Assembly (NCBI GenBank): GCA_002104945.1
Contig: MCFH01000032.1
Span: forward strand, 186,001-250,000
DNA from: Piromyces finnis finn
Taxonomy: Eukaryota > Fungi > Neocallimastigomycota
DNA length: 64,000 nt
Reading direction: 5' to 3'
The notes beneath the pieces are model-generated. The model did no database searches, was not told the DNA's origin, and worked only from the letters and a program-made list of their open reading frames with translations. This document shows positions 38,137 to 52,392 of the stretch, one piece after another; the stretch's first letter is position 1; the number at the start of each line of letters is the position of its first letter. A program made the position numbers and the translations under genes.

Positions 38137-40293
38137 ATGTCCCAGCAATTAATTTTAGCCAATAATCAACGTCTTCATGGAAAATCCAACTTTGACACTT
38201 GGAGTCTTTTAATCAAGTCAGCTGCTTCTAGACAGGGTCTAACTAGCTATCTTGATTATGACATTGTTGGAACCATCAAAGACGACAGCTTTAAGATAGA
38301 CTTTAATCTTAAAGATGTTTACACTATGGCTATTGTAAAAATTATTGCTAACTACCGTACTAATAACTTACTCGCGTCCGTTTACAAAACCTTCACTAAA
38401 GCTATGGGGGAGGACGCAAACCCAAGCAGCAACATTAATAACATTAATGTTGTAGCCGCCAATAAATTGGCAAACTCGCCAATTTATAAGGCCGAGATAG
38501 TATCAGCAGCTGAAAGTCTTAATGCTGATGCACACCTTATGATCATTCAAAATGTGGATGAGAAGATCCTCAGAGAGATTGGTCATAATACTAGCTGTTA
38601 CCAAGTATTCAAGAAGTTGAATACAAAATACGGTAACGCTAATGCAGACATCGAATACTGGCTAAAAAAGTTAAGAAAATTACATACTGAAGATGTAAGC
38701 AAAGTCAGTAAAACCATTGATAATGTCAGGGAAATCTTCCTTGAGATGTCTGAACAAAGAATGTCCTTAAGTGAAAGGGAAAAACTAAAATATATGTACA
38801 ATTCCCTTCCAAGAAGTGTCAAGAACCAAGTAAGTGTAACCTTAGATGAAACTTATGATCAGCTCTATGAGAAGGTCAAAAGTTACATCAACGCCAAATC
38901 CTACTTCGAAGATTGGACCAACAACGACCAAGATGAAGATGACGAAGTTGATGATCCAATGGATGTTGATTTTGTTAGTAGAGAAAACAAATCAACAAAG
39001 AATAAAAGCTACGGTAATAGAAGAAATATAAACAGAAGCCACCGTACCTACTGCCATATCTGCTGTGAACATGGACACTCTACCGAAATGTGTGAATACA
39101 ACCAAAAGGCCAAAATGGAAAGGGACCAAAGAAAAAACAACAACAGGGCCTTTAACCAAAGTAAACAAAAGAGAAATTCACAACAAGGGAGGCAAGTTCA
39201 CAAGAAAAAACAACAAAAGAAATTCGAACAAGAAGTAGATTTCGTCGAAGACTATGACGATAATGAAAATTATGGAATTAACGTAGAATTCGAAGATATC
39301 AGACCTCTGACAGAAAGAAATATCTACCTAATTGAAAAGGATGAAGTTACAGAGGAAGACACTCCTAACACAAAGGATATAGATTATGTGTATGGAGAAA
39401 ATAAATACGACGAATGGTTCTATGATACTGGTGCCGCCGAACATATCGTTAATAATAAGGACATTCTAGAGAACTTCACAGAAGAGCACATTCAACTTAG
39501 ATGTGCAAATGGAACTACATGTGAATTTAGTGGTTATGGTTCATATGAGTTTAAGGTAAAAGACAAAACTTACAAGTTAGAAAAAGTTTTGTACTCAGAC
39601 AAAGTTAGCAAGAATTTAATTAGTGGTGTAGGACTTGCTAAAGTTGGTTTAAGAAGCATTATAGATATTACTGATGATGGAAAAGTCAGGCTTATTTTCA
39701 AGGACTCTGAAAATAAAAATATAATGCAAACGTATTCAAATGAATTAAATCAATTTAAAATTAAGCTCATAAACATTAATAAAAAGATAAATGAACCATT
39801 TATTGCAAACTTTGAAGATGATTTAGGTATATGGCATAAGAGATTAGGCCATTTCTACCAGAAGGATCTGAAGAAATACCTAAAACAACATAAAATTAAA
39901 GTAACTCCTTGCCTAGACTGTAAAATATCTAAAATGAAGAAGTCTCCACATAACAAAACCGTACCCAAAGCCGGAAGAGTTCTAGAGACTATTCACTCCG
40001 ATATTTCAGGCCCGTTTAATTCATCCGTCAATAATAAGAAGTATTATATGACTATGCTGGATGAATACTCAAGAAAACTCTGGATTTATACTCTCAAGTC
40101 AAGGTCTGAGGCACCGGACATTATTATTGAATTCCTAAAGAATGCCAATAATACTTTTGACAAATATAAAGTCAAAACATTCAAGACAGATGGTGCAAAA
40201 GAGTATAATAGTAGTAAAGTTATAAAATATTGTAAGGAAAACGGTATATCTAAGATAAATTCACCTCCTTACATACATGAATTAAATGGTAAA
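38137..40293 (+). CDS. Copia Gag-protease-integrase (5' part, interrupted)
   Basis: CHICCEHGHSTEMC, WFYDTGAAEH, WHKRLGH..CLDC, IHSDISGP, KTDGAKEY, HELNGK at the insertion point. Confidence 0.92.
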
Positions 40294-43200
40294 TGTAACG
40301 AATCTATTAGAAAATTAATATTGTCTTAATGGTTAGTATTTAAGACATTAATCTGGATCACTCGGGTTCGACTCACACCTTGATCCAAAATTTATTTTAA
40401 ATTATTTATTTAACAATTTAATTTATGACTCATAGAAACTTATAGAACTTATTCGAAAAAGAATAAGTTCGAATATTCGAAAAATTAAATATTTTATGTA
40501 TTTTTATCACGAGATTCATTTTATGTAATTTTTAATTAATTTAAAGAATAATTTAGAAAGAAAATTTAATTTTTGATTTAGCCACATCAGATTTAGAAAA
40601 AGTATAAATAGAAGTGGTTTGAATCGAAAATTAAAAAATTGTGTTTTTATTAACTATTAACTTTTAACTTTTAAATTTTAAAAAAAAAAATATTTATTAT
40701 TAAAAAATAATTTAAATAAAAAATAATTAAAAATTTTAATAAATAAAATTAATTGACTTATTGGGATCAAAATTATTATCTATATAAAGTTTATTAATTA
40801 CCACATTATTAAATACTTATATAGATACGCGTTACAATAAAAACACCAGTTGTAACATATTCCCTTTACCTTAATTAATTTGTTTATTTTTCCTACCTGT
40901 TATAGTGTCTACCCTTGGTTTAAATATCCACTTGTATATTAGTATCTACCTGACTTTTGTACTTTTCTGTTTTGCTACTTTAGATACTACTTCTGTTTAC
41001 TCCTTTATTTTTTCTCTAGGCAATAGACACTACCTTTGTATATTGTTTTACAACTCTTTTGGACTCTCTTGGACTCTTGGACTCTCTCGGATTCTTTTGG
41101 ACTCTTTTGGACTCTTTTGGACTCTCTTGGATATATTATACGATTAAATTGAATTAAAATTAGATATTTTCAATAAAATAAAGAATATGGATGAAGAATT
41201 GATGAACCATGCTACGTTGAAGGATGGTTTCGCTGGAAATCGTCGTTTCTTTAAGGGTTTTCTCGCCAAAATAGAATTAATCTTTATGGTCTACCCAGAG
41301 CGCTACGCGGATGACGAAGCAAAAATCGTCTATATTATTTCAAGACTATATGGTGAAGCCTTGAATTGGGCTGCATCATTAATTCACAACCATGACGAAT
41401 GCCTATTAAATTATGACTCATTTGTTGCAAAGCTTAAATCTGTGTTTGGCAACAACGACTCAACATTTGTGGCTAATCAAAAGCTTCGAACTATAAAGCA
41501 AAGGAAAATCGGAGAAATTCAAAAATATATTCTTGAATTTAACCGATACTCTGATGACTCCTCTTGGAACGAAAGTGCAAAAATGGACGCCTTCTTAGCT
41601 GGACTACAAGATCAAGTCGCCAATAGAATTTTAGAAATGTTTCCCGGTCCACAAACGCTACTAAATTTACAAGTTATAGCATCAAGAATCGATTCTAGAA
41701 TCGATACCAATAGAAGATTTTTCAACAACAATCACTCTAATAGCACCAATCAAAACCGAAGAACTGAAGCAAATAGAAAACCTTTCACTTCGAGAAATAA
41801 GAAAACTTACGGACCGCTTACCTCAGAAGAAAAGGCTAGAAGAATTAAGGAGAATCTCTGTTTATATTGTGGTTCTCCAGATCACAAGTTAAACAACTGT
41901 CCAAAAAGAAGTAAAAATGAAAAAACAGCTGGGACTCATATTTCTAATTCTATGCCTGAAAAGAAACCTAGAATAAGATTCTCCGATAATCCCCATTTGA
42001 AACAACCAGTTTTTGAGTTCCAACTCAATACTTCCGACGTCTCCGTTAACACTAAACTACTAATTGATTCAGGATCCCAACTTAACCTAATAGATGTGGT
42101 CTTTGCAGAAGAAAACAACATTCCTTTTGATAAATCCGTCTCTCTCGACAAAATCTCTGGTATTGGTGGGGAACAACAAGTCTTAGGTAAATCCATCCCA
42201 ATTTCAATTAAATACAAAAACCACCAATGTAAAACTATATTTTATATTGTAGACCTCCCGGGATATTGTGGTATCTTAGGTGCTGAATGGTTACATCAGC
42301 ACAACCCTATTATTAACTTCGTTGAAAAAGAATTATCTTTTAATTCAAATTTCTGTTTGTCACATTGCTCTGTCATTCCAAATGTTGCCCCTACTTATGT
42401 TATTTCTTCTATTTCTAATGATTCCAAACCTTCTTGTAGCACTTCAACCAATTCTTATATCCATGATTCTGTAACAAATCTTCCAAAAAGTCAAGATTCC
42501 ACCACTAACACTTCTAGTAATCAAGAAGTTATTCTACCCGCTGAACTTCAAGCCTTTGAAGATGTATTTAATGAAAAAGCCGCTGAACAATTGCCGCCAC
42601 ATAGGCAATACGATTGTGAAATCCGTCTTAAGCCGGACTCCAAACTTTTCTATGGACCAATTTATCCTTTAACGGATAAAGAATCAATGGTATTGAAGGA
42701 ATACATTGATGAAAATTTGCGAAGAGGTTTCATCAGACCTTCGAAGTCTCCGGCTGGTGCCCCAGTGCTTTTTGTCCCGAAGAAAAATGGTGAACTACGT
42801 CTATGTCAAGATTATAGGAAATTAAACGAAATCACAATCCGTGATTCATACCCTTTACCATTAATTATTGACATGTTGGAACATCTAGGTAAAAGCAACA
42901 TCTTCTCCAAACTTGATTTAAGATCCGCTTACAATCTTGTGAGGATAAAAGAAGGTGATGAATTCAAAACTGCTTTTACTTGCAAATATGGACACTTTGA
43001 ATATACTGTAATGCCGTTTGGTTTGAAGAACGCGCCTGCAGTATTCCAACATTTCATTAATGATGTGCTTGATGGAATCTTGGGAGTATTTGTCTTCAGT
43101 TATATTGATGACTTAATTATTTTTTCGGAAAATTTTGAAACACATGTTATGCAAGTCAAAGAAGTACTTAACAGACTTAGAAAAGCGGGACTTTATGCAA

Positions 43201-46200
43201 AACTTGAAAAATGTGAGTTTTTTGTCCCATTTATCGATTTCTTAGGTCATCGTATATCGTCTGATGGTATTTTAATGGATCCTAAGAAGATTGCATCTAT
43301 CCTGGAATGGCCAACTCCTAGAAACGTTAAAGAAGTTCAAGCGTTTCTTGGGTTAGCTAATTATTATAGAAGATTCATTGCCGGTTTTGCTGAGATCGCA
43401 CAACCACTGAATGCGTTACTTAAGAAGGATGTTAAATTCTGCTTCTCTCATCAGTGTGAAAATTCTTTTAGTTTAATCAAATCCAAATTTGCTTCTTCCC
43501 CTGTTCTTGCATACCCGAATCGTGATATACCTTTCATAGTTGAAACGGATGCAAGTAATTTCGCTATAGGAGCAATCCTTTCACAAACGAATCCAAAAGA
43601 CAAGTCGGTTCATCCAGTGGCATTTTTCTCTAGATCGCTTAGTTCTTCTGAAAGGAACTATCCGATCTACGATAAAGAACTTTTAGCAATTGTAGCTGCT
43701 TTAGAAACTTGGCGACATCTACTCAAAGGAACTACTCAGCCTTTCAAAATTTTCTCGGATCACAGGAATTTGCTCTACCAGAAGAAACCCGAAAAAATGA
43801 CCCAAAGATTAGTTCGTTGGTCTTTGTTTCTTACCGAGTTTAACTTTATCATCGTTTATCGGTCGGGTTCTGCTAATGGTAAACCTGACGCTTTATCTAG
43901 AAGACCAGATTACTTAGAAAATTTTAAGTATAACAATGACATTCCAAATTCCGTCCTTAGACCCGAAAACTTTTGTGCCATGGTTCTGGATAACAATCCC
44001 CTTATGGATAAAATCATTTCAAATAGCAAAGATGATAAATTTTACTTTGAAGTATGCAAATATTTAGAAACTCAAATTCCCCCAGTCCCTCATTCACAAA
44101 TCGAAAACTTTAAAATTCAAGATGGTGTATTATTATTCAATGATAGGATCTATGTCCCTCATGATTGTCGTTTGGAAGTTCTTAAGATTTGTCACGACTC
44201 ACCCTCCGCTGGACACTTCAGATTAAAGAAAACTACTTCCCTTATTGTTCGTGACTTTTGGTGGCCTTTTCTCTCTGTTGATGTTAAAGAATATGTAAAG
44301 TCTTGTGAAATATGCTGCCGTTCAAAGGACTCTCGACACAAACCTTATGGATTTCTTTCTCCTTTGGAAATTGCTGAACGTCCTTGGTCTTCCGTATCTA
44401 TGGACTTTATTACAGATCTTCCACCTTCTCAAAAGTATACTTGCATTCTCGTTGTCACTGATAGATTAACTAAATTATGTCATTTTATTCCTTTTGAGAA
44501 CATTCCTTCTGCCTCCGATACTGCTGATGCTTTCATGATCAACGTTTTTCGTCTCCACGGATTACCAAATGAAATTCTTTCGGATAGAGGTACTCAATTT
44601 ACCTCTAAATTCTGGAATTCAATTTGCAAATCTTTTGATATAAACCTAAAATTTTCTTCTTCCTACCATCACCAAACAAACGGGCTGACGGAGAGGGTAA
44701 ACTCCGTTGTAGAACAATACCTAAGGTGTTACTCAAATTATAAAGGCTCTAACTGGTACAAGTTCTTACATCTTGCTGAATTTAGTTACAATAATGCCGT
44801 TCAAGAATCTACCAAAACTTCACCATTTTTTGCTAACTATGGCTATAATCCAAAACATTCTCCCATTTTACCAAGTCGTACCGAGATACCAACTGCGGAT
44901 GAATTCACAAGAAATTTCAAAGAAATAATTAAAACTCTTAAAGATAACTTGAAGAAATCCATTAATCAACAAGAAAAATTCGCAAACAAACACAGAAGTA
45001 AAGCCCCTGAACTCAAGGTAAATGATAAAGTATGGATCAACAGTTCTTTAATAATGCGTAATGGTAATAAGAAGTTAAAACCTAGAAAACTTGGTCCGTA
45101 CAAAATAATTGAAAAAATTTCTCCAGTTTCTTTCAAATTGGAGTTACCAAAGGAAATTCGTATTCATCCAGTCATCCACGTTTCAGAATTGGAACCCTAC
45201 CATGAAGATAAGTTCAAAAGAAAGCAACCGCCACCTCCACCAGTTATTGTAGATAATAATGAAGAATTTGAAGTTGAGGAGATATTGGACAAAAGAAGAT
45301 ATTATGGTAAAGTTCAATACCTAATTAAATGGAAAGGATATCCGATATCTGAAGCATCTTGGGAGCCAGAAAATAATTTAAATTGTCCAGAGCTACTTAA
45401 GGAATTCAACGAAAAGAAATGATTTCAACGGAAACTTTATTTTAATTTATCTTAATTTTATTTTTAATTTTATTCTTAAAAAAAAAAAAAAAAAAAAAAT
45501 TATTTTCTTAAATTTTAAATTTACTTTAAGCATGTATTTAATATCAAATATATAATATAAAAAATTATTTTTATTGTAATTCAATTAGTATAGTTTAAGT
45601 TTATAGTAGTTATATAGCCTAAAAAATTAATTTAATAAAACATAAAATGAACCCAAAGATTCGTCTGGTATCCGAATCCTGGAGGAGGACCATGTAACGA
45701 ATCTATTAGAAAATTAATATTGTCTTAATGGTTAGTATTTAAGACATTAATCTGGATCACTCGGGTTCGACTCACACCTTGATCCAAAATTTATTTTAAA
45801 TTATTTATTTAACAATTTAATTTATGACTCATAGAAACTTATAGAACTTATTCGAAAAAGAATAAGTTCGAATATTCGAAAAATTAAATATTTTATGTAT
45901 TTTTATCACGAGATTCATTTTATGTAATTTTTAATTAATTTAAAGAATAATTTAGAAAGAAAATTTAATTTTTGATTTAGCCACATCAGATTTAGAAAAA
46001 GTATAAATAGAAGTGGTTTGAATCGAAAATTAAAAAATTGTGTTTTTATTAACTATTAACTTTTAACTTTTAAATTTTAAAAAAAAAAATATTTATTATT
46101 AAAAAATAATTTAAATAAAAAATAATTAAAAATTTTAATAAATAAAATTAATTGACTTATTGGGATCAAAATTATTATCTATATAAAGTTTATTAATTAC

Positions 46201-46235
46201 CACATTATTAAATACTTATATAGATACGCGTTACA
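40294..46235 (+). mobile_element. Full-length Ty3/gypsy chromovirus 2 nested in the copia integrase
   Basis: 543-bp LTRs 40294-40836 and 45693-46235, TSD GTAAA, PPT GGAGGAGGACCA, intact ORF. Confidence 0.97.
41187..45422 (+). CDS. Gag-Pol polyprotein with C-terminal chromodomain (1411 aa)
   Basis: [68 protein letters not shown]. Confidence 0.96.
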   Translation: MDEELMNHATLKDGFAGNRRFFKGFLAKIELIFMVYPERYADDEAKIVYIISRLYGEALNWAASLIHNHDECLLNYDSFVAKLKSVFGNNDSTFVANQKLRTIKQRKIGEIQKYILEFNRYSDDSSWNESAKMDAFLAGLQDQVANRILEMFPGPQTLLNLQVIASRIDSRIDTNRRFFNNNHSNSTNQNRRTEANRKPFTSRNKKTYGPLTSEEKARRIKENLCLYCGSPDHKLNNCPKRSKNEKTAGTHISNSMPEKKPRIRFSDNPHLKQPVFEFQLNTSDVSVNTKLLIDSGSQLNLIDVVFAEENNIPFDKSVSLDKISGIGGEQQVLGKSIPISIKYKNHQCKTIFYIVDLPGYCGILGAEWLHQHNPIINFVEKELSFNSNFCLSHCSVIPNVAPTYVISSISNDSKPSCSTSTNSYIHDSVTNLPKSQDSTTNTSSNQEVILPAELQAFEDVFNEKAAEQLPPHRQYDCEIRLKPDSKLFYGPIYPLTDKESMVLKEYIDENLRRGFIRPSKSPAGAPVLFVPKKNGELRLCQDYRKLNEITIRDSYPLPLIIDMLEHLGKSNIFSKLDLRSAYNLVRIKEGDEFKTAFTCKYGHFEYTVMPFGLKNAPAVFQHFINDVLDGILGVFVFSYIDDLIIFSENFETHVMQVKEVLNRLRKAGLYAKLEKCEFFVPFIDFLGHRISSDGILMDPKKIASILEWPTPRNVKEVQAFLGLANYYRRFIAGFAEIAQPLNALLKKDVKFCFSHQCENSFSLIKSKFASSPVLAYPNRDIPFIVETDASNFAIGAILSQTNPKDKSVHPVAFFSRSLSSSERNYPIYDKELLAIVAALETWRHLLKGTTQPFKIFSDHRNLLYQKKPEKMTQRLVRWSLFLTEFNFIIVYRSGSANGKPDALSRRPDYLENFKYNNDIPNSVLRPENFCAMVLDNNPLMDKIISNSKDDKFYFEVCKYLETQIPPVPHSQIENFKIQDGVLLFNDRIYVPHDCRLEVLKICHDSPSAGHFRLKKTTSLIVRDFWWPFLSVDVKEYVKSCEICCRSKDSRHKPYGFLSPLEIAERPWSSVSMDFITDLPPSQKYTCILVVTDRLTKLCHFIPFENIPSASDTADAFMINVFRLHGLPNEILSDRGTQFTSKFWNSICKSFDINLKFSSSYHHQTNGLTERVNSVVEQYLRCYSNYKGSNWYKFLHLAEFSYNNAVQESTKTSPFFANYGYNPKHSPILPSRTEIPTADEFTRNFKEIIKTLKDNLKKSINQQEKFANKHRSKAPELKVNDKVWINSSLIMRNGNKKLKPRKLGPYKIIEKISPVSFKLELPKEIRIHPVIHVSELEPYHEDKFKRKQPPPPPVIVDNNEEFEVEEILDKRRYYGKVQYLIKWKGYPISEASWEPENNLNCPELLKEFNEKK

Positions 46236-46240
46236 GTAAA

Positions 46241-49200
46241 GCAGAAAGAATAAACCAAACTATTCAAAATTCTGCTAAAACGCTTTTATATTGGGCTAAA
46301 TTATCTGAAGACTTTTGGAGTTTTGCTGTTAAATATTCTTGTTATATTTACAACAAAATACCACACCAAGGAAACGATAACTTAATTCCTGATGAAGTGT
46401 TTACGAACGAGGAAGCCGATCTAAAATACCTAAAGGTATTTGGATGCATATGCTACTTTAAGGACTATTCTCTTAAAAAGTCAAAATTCGCGCCTAACTC
46501 GAAGGAAGGAATATTTCTTGGGTTCAGTGAAGCACATCACTCATATATCGTCATGGAGATATGTGGTGATAAACTTAAAATCCACTATTCTAGGGAAATA
46601 GAATGCTGTGAAGATAAGCCGGCACATTATAATTATAAAAATAAAAATATAAACGATCCGTATTTCTCTTTTAATGATTCATATAATATCAATAATTACG
46701 ACAGAAAGGACCCCTCAGAATCATCAAAGAACAACAACAATACGGATACAAATTCAATCATAAATAAAGAAAATAATAACACAGAAAGGACTACTTCCAA
46801 GAAAATGGTGAATATCCACTCCGATAATAATGATGAAGAAGAAATAGAAAAAGAAGAAATAGAAAAAGAAGAAATAGAAAAAGAAGAAGTAGAAGAAGAA
46901 ATGGTTGAAGAAGGTAATAACAACAATATGGACGAGGACCCAGCTTATGAAAATACCAAATATAAAGACGAAGAGATAACTACCAAAGAAAAAGAAGAAA
47001 CTAATATAAGGACTAATATTAATTCCAAAATTGAAGAAAATTCAAAAAACAATTTAAACAGTAATTTAAAAAGCGACACTCAAACCAATAACAAAAATAA
47101 TAATTCAAATTCGAAATTTAATAAAAATAAATTTACAAATGACATTTTAAAAGTTTTAGAAGAAATTGCAAATGACAATTGCAATTTCGAAAAGAAAAAT
47201 TACAAAATTTCTAATAATATTGACGAAAATAATAAATACCAATATCCTGTAACTCCTGGTCCCGATTACGTTTGTTCTGGTAATACTCTTGCCGACAAAA
47301 ACAAAAATGAAATCATTAAAAATCCTGAATATTATAAAAATTCTCCTACTGAATATTTTATCACCGAAAATATTTCCTATACCAAAAATACTGGTGAAAA
47401 TACTACTGAATATCCTAATACTGATCATAGTGAAAAAATTTTTATTAATAAAAATTTTTCAAAAATTCAAAATAAAAATGATGACATTCTATTGGATGAT
47501 AAACCAAATAATCCACGTCATAATTCTAGCAAAAATTCTAACGTTACACAAGATAATTCTATCTACTCTGATAATATGGATATTAATCATAATAAAAATT
47601 TAAATTCAAAAATTTCTGATTCTCCTGATATGACACGTGATTCCCATTATTATATCTCAGATGACAATAAATCTATGGATGATCCTGATCCAAACTTGGA
47701 AGATGAAAATGATATCATGGATGATATCATGGCCGATAAATCTGATGATTCCTACCATCCTGAAAGAAAAAGGCCTTGCAGTCCTACCCCTCTGAATGAT
47801 TCCAGTACTCCTAAGAAGCACAAAAACAAATTTATAGCTACCGTTTTTACTGATGCTCCCACTACGTACAAAGAAGCTATGTCTTGCACGAATTCTAAAT
47901 ATTGGAAAGCAGCCATTCAAGATGAATTAAATAATTTACATTCTAACAAAATTATGTCCCTGGTTAAAAATATCCCAAAAAACAAGAATATTATATCTAC
48001 CAAATGGGTTTTTGCTGTTAAAAGGGACAGCAATAATAATATAGTACGTTTTAAAGCTAGACTTGTCGCTAGAGGTTTCCGTCAAAAACAAGGTATTGAT
48101 TTTGACTTAACCTATTCCCCTACATTAAATATTGACAGTCTAAAATTTATTATTGCTATTGCTGCAAAATTTAAGTGGGATATATATCAGCTTGATATAA
48201 AAGCTGCCTACCTCAATGCTCCATTGGATACAGACATTTATACCACAATTCCGCTTGGAGATAGCAACTTTGGGGGAGGATACTGGAAGCTGAATAAAGC
48301 TCTTTATGGTTTAAAACAATCAGGAAGACAATGGAATAAAACAATAGATAAATTCCTGAAAAATAATAACTTTAAACCATTAAAATCCGAACCATGTATT
48401 TATACGTTAAAAGAAAATAAATACGTAAAATGTATAATTGGTCTATATGTAGACGACATGGTTATAATTGGAAAAACAAATACAATAGAGAGAGTAATAA
48501 GCAAAATTAAAAGTAGATTTAAAATATCAAATAGCGGCCCTATTAGTTACATTCTAGGAATAAAGATTGAAAAGAAAGGATCCAAATACATTATTTCCCA
48601 AGAGAATTACATTAATAATGTATTACAAAGATTTCATATGGAAAACGTACGTAGAAGAAATACGCCATGTACAACAACCGACAAGAACACCTCAAATAAT
48701 AACCAATTTGATAAAACAAAATATAAAAGTGCAATAGGTGCATTAATATATCTGTCAAAATGTACAAGACCGGATATAGCGTTTGCAGTAAACAAAGCTG
48801 CAAGAAAATCTGAAAATCCAACAATATCTGACTGGAATACAATTGTAAATATTTTCAGATACATATCTACTACCAAACATTACAAAATCGAATACAGTGG
48901 AGAAGGAAAAATACAAGGATACACTGATTCGGACTACGGAGGCGCAGAAGACTTTAAATCTACCTCTGGAGGGATAATCCTAATGGGAAATAGCCCAATA
49001 TGCTGGTTATCCAAGAAACAAACTTGTGTGGCAACATCTACCGCTGAGGCTGAGTACATTAGTACGTCCATGAATACGAAGAAAATCTTATGGATCAAAA
49101 ACATGGTGGACGAAATTTTTAATTACAACAAAAATATAACTTTATTCACCGACAACAAAGCAAGCAAGAAAATAATAGAAAACGGTGAAATAAACACAAA

Positions 49201-49372
49201 GTTAAAACACATAAATATACACTACCACTTCATTATTGACAACATAGAAAAGAACAATATAAAAATCGAATATGTAAATACTAAAGAAATGTTAGCTGAC
49301 CCTCTAACTAAAGATCTACCTGGTCCAAGAATGTTTGATTATACAAATAAGATATTCTTAAAGAAAATCTAA
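46241..49372 (+). CDS. Copia integrase C-terminus, RT and RNase H (3' part)
   Basis: Resumes in frame as AERINQTIQN after the TSD. KARLVARGF, QLDIKAAYLN, LYGLKQSG, LYVDD, YTDSD, STAEAEY, LADPLTK. Confidence 0.93.
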   Translation, partial: AERINQTIQNSAKTLLYWAKLSEDFWSFAVKYSCYIYNKIPHQGNDNLIPDEVFTNEEADLKYLKVFGCICYFKDYSLKKSKFAPNSKEGIFLGFSEAHHSYIVMEICGDKLKIHYSREIECCEDKPAHYNYKNKNINDPYFSFNDSYNINNYDRKDPSESSKNNNNTDTNSIINKENNNTERTTSKKMVNIHSDNNDEEEIEKEEIEKEEIEKEEVEEEMVEEGNNNNMDEDPAYENTKYKDEEITTKEKEETNIRTNINSKIEENSKNNLNSNLKSDTQTNNKNNNSNSKFNKNKFTNDILKVLEEIANDNCNFEKKNYKISNNIDENNKYQYPVTPGPDYVCSGNTLADKNKNEIIKNPEYYKNSPTEYFITENISYTKNTGENTTEYPNTDHSEKIFINKNFSKIQNKNDDILLDDKPNNPRHNSSKNSNVTQDNSIYSDNMDINHNKNLNSKISDSPDMTRDSHYYISDDNKSMDDPDPNLEDENDIMDDIMADKSDDSYHPERKRPCSPTPLNDSSTPKKHKNKFIATVFTDAPTTYKEAMSCTNSKYWKAAIQDELNNLHSNKIMSLVKNIPKNKNIISTKWVFAVKRDSNNNIVRFKARLVARGFRQKQGIDFDLTYSPTLNIDSLKFIIAIAAKFKWDIYQLDIKAAYLNAPLDTDIYTTIPLGDSNFGGGYWKLNKALYGLKQSGRQWNKTIDKFLKNNNFKPLKSEPCIYTLKENKYVKCIIGLYVDDMVIIGKTNTIERVISKIKSRFKISNSGPISYILGIKIEKKGSKYIISQENYINNVLQRFHMENVRRRNTPCTTTDKNTSNNNQFDKTKYKSAIGALIYLSKCTRPDIAFAVNKAARKSENPTISDWNTIVNIFRYISTTKHYKIEYSGEGKIQGYTDSDYGGAEDFKSTSGGIILMGNSPICWLSKKQTCVATSTAEAEYISTSMNTKKILWIKNMVDEIFNYNKNITLFTDNKASKKIIENGEINTKLKHINIHYHFIIDNIEKNNIKIEYVNTKEMLADPLTKDLPGPRMFDYTNKIFLKKI

Positions 49373-50710
49373 TTTGAGGGGGAGTGTGAACATTTATGGA
49401 CACATAATTTTATTTATTTATATCATATATTTATTACACACGTGACTATTTTATAAAAACATAAACATGTATTAAAAGTGTTGTAAACGTAATGTCTACG
49501 TGTTGTAGAGAAAGTTATTTTTTATTTATTTTATTTTATTTTCTATGGTCACATGACCTTACATCTCATTATATAACTGTAATATTTACAATGTAACTTT
49601 TTCTCTTTGTTAACCTTATTAATAAAATTATTTATTAATTAAATTTATTTCACACTACTAATATCAAATGTATAATATATTTATAATTATTATTTATAAA
49701 TATAAAAATATATTGATAAAATTATTATTAATAATAAAATATAACTTTCCTGAAATAATAAAAATAAACAATAAATATTATTTTCTTATATAATTAATAT
49801 TTTAAACTGAATTAAATATAATAAATACTAAATAAGTAATTATTAACCTAAAACTAACTTAAACTAAAACTATTAAAATAAAATGAAATAAAATAAAACT
49901 TATACTTAAAACTAAAATATCAAATATTATTTATAAATGAAAAGTTCTCTCTTTTTAATATCTTATTCTTTATCACTATTTTTATATCTTTTCATTTCTT
50001 GTGTAATTAATATTCTAATGTATGTGTAACTTTTGCGTCATAATAATTTATACTAATATAGTTTAATTATTATTAACACTAGTAATTGATATACAATTTA
50101 TAAAAGGATTAGATATTATTCATAAAATATTTAAAATATTATATTTTTCTATGCATCTTGTATCATAAAATGATAAATAATTAAATTTATAAATTATAAA
50201 TTAATAATAATAATAATAACAATAATTAAAATACAGATAAAAATTAAAATATTTAACATGTATGAAATTATTAAATTAAAAATTATAAATGTAAACTTTT
50301 TGTTTATTTAATTGTTTAATTCTTTTTAAATTAAATAGTTTATATTTGTTTATAATTATACTTTAAAATAATAATTTTATATAAATAGTAATAGAAAATG
50401 TTCTTTTTAAAAGATGTTCCTATGTTCCTAATAATCCAGTAAAATTAGATATATACTTTTAAATATTAAATTCAAAAAATGATTTTATAATAAAACTTAT
50501 TTTTAAAAGGGTTACTAATAATCCCTAAAAATTAGAATATAAAACATACATTTTTTTTATTTAATAATACTAGAGTTATTAAATAATGATATAATTTTAT
50601 AATTAAATAAACTTTATATTTTTAAAAATTAACTAATACTTGCAAATGAACAAGTATAAAAATCATTTATTTTATTTTTTTTTTATTTTTTTTAGATACA
50701 AATATTATCA

Positions 50711-51670
50711 TGTTAAGTTTTGGGATTTGGTTATGCGGCCAGGTCAGAATGTTATTAATTATATAGTAAATATGTTTTTTAAGAAATTAAATTTAAATGT
50801 ATAATAACACTTTAAACTTCCAAATGAAAAATTAATATTTATTTTTTTTGAATAACTTTTTATAAAATTTTATTTATTTAGTAATAATAATATAAATGAT
50901 AATATATTTAATAACTATATAATTAAGATTATAACTATAATCTTTACAAAGAATTAAAATCGAATTCAATTCATTCTATTTTATATTCTTTGTTCAGATT
51001 ATTAAATTGATAAAAATAAAGTATTACATGTAATATATTAATAACATAATAAGATTGTTTGTTTGTTTGTTTGTTTGTTTTGTCATGACATAAAATAAAA
51101 TAAACATATGATTAATCATTTAAACACTTGATCCATTAACCTATTTTATAATAATTAGAATTATTTAATTTATAAATGTTAACTGTTACACCTAAATGGT
51201 TTAGTTCTATTTTTAGTAACAGTTACTATCATTAATTAATTTAATATAATTAAAATTTCTATTGATATCTTTTTAATTTTCGTCAAGTCATAAGAAATGT
51301 CTATGATCCATACTTGATATCATATTGATTTTAATTTACCTATTAAAATCTTTAAATGATCATATCTTCCTTAAATGACCAGTTAGAAGGACCGCGATTG
51401 TACCAAAATATAGCTTTTCCTTTAAGCTTTCTAATAAACTTGGTTTCACAACCGTAGCACTTGTTTCGTGTTTGTTTATTTTTGGCTAAGGGTTATAGTG
51501 TATTGATATTAAATTTTTGAAATCATAACCCTTTCACTGAATCAAAATTTAAAAGGTGACTTTTAAAGGTGTTTTGAAATAATTATTGGGATCATTTAAT
51601 TCTAATTATTATGTTTAATTAATTATAGATATTATCTGAATTTGTTTTAAATCCAGTTAATCTCTTCACA
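50711..51670. mobile_element. Solo LTR, family G, copy 2
   Basis: TG..CA with perfect 5-bp TSD TATCA. Confidence 0.85.
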
Positions 51671-51676
51671 TATCAC

Positions 51677-52386
51677 TGTCAAAATCACAATTCATGAAAT
51701 TTGACATTTCATGAAATTTCATAATTTTGAATTATTAGTTAAATTAATTAAAATATTAATTTAATAATATTTTACTAATAATAGTTTATTTAATATAAAT
51801 ATTAATTGGAAAGCTATTTATTATCCGGAGATAAATAGTGTAACAATTAATTAATATTAAACAAACCAATTAGTAAAATAAGATTCATTTAAATAATTAT
51901 TAATATTATTTTTAACAACTTATTAATATCGATATTTAAAGAAAATTATATTATTATTATTATTATATTTTATTAATATTTATATTTATATTATTATTAT
52001 ATTTTATTAATATTTATATTTATATTATTATTATATTTTATTAATATTTATATTTATATTATTATACATGTATAACTTAAATTATATTATTATTATACTT
52101 TATTAATATCAACATTATATTAAAAATGAAAGTATAAATAAGTTGAACAAAGAACAACTTTAAGAAGTTCTTTGTGAGATTATTATACTCATTTTTATAT
52201 AGTAAATTCAATATTTAAAATTAATAATTATCATTTATTTATATTATAAAAATTAAATAAAATATTTCTTAAAAAACTATATTTATTACTCTTTTATTTA
52301 TAAAAATTTATTATTTACTATATAATTAAGCCTATCCTAACCTAGTAGACTTAATTATAGTTCTAAATCCACTCTAACTCTTGACA
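51677..52386. mobile_element. Solo LTR Ia (710 bp)
   Basis: TGTCAA..TTGACA with 5-bp TSD ATCAC. Confidence 0.8.
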
Positions 52387-52392
52387 ATCACT

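Larger units (their letters stand above)
37781..49654 (+). mobile_element. Ty1/copia LTR retrotransposon interrupted by a gypsy element
   Basis: 270-bp LTRs 37781-38050 and 49385-49654 (identical by eye), TSD CTACT, PPT TTTGAGGGGGAG, domain order PR-IN-RT-RH. Confidence 0.97.
37202..50165. mobile_element. Putative solo LTR (family C, ~1.09 kb: 37202-37780 plus 49660-50165) split by the copia element
   Basis: TGATAACGG..TTGTATCA. The left end is the reverse complement of the right end of 59173-59951. Confidence 0.6.

Noticed and set aside
41054-41130. TTGGACTC(T/TT) tandem repeat as a telomeric or separate repeat
   Set aside because: It lies in the 5' leader of gypsy 2 and is part of that element.
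7461-49000. Short antisense or overlapping ORFs within HSP90, LINE, gypsy and copia ORFs, and 10470-10679
   Set aside because: Shadow frames produced by biased codon use; those in duplicated elements recur only because the elements do.
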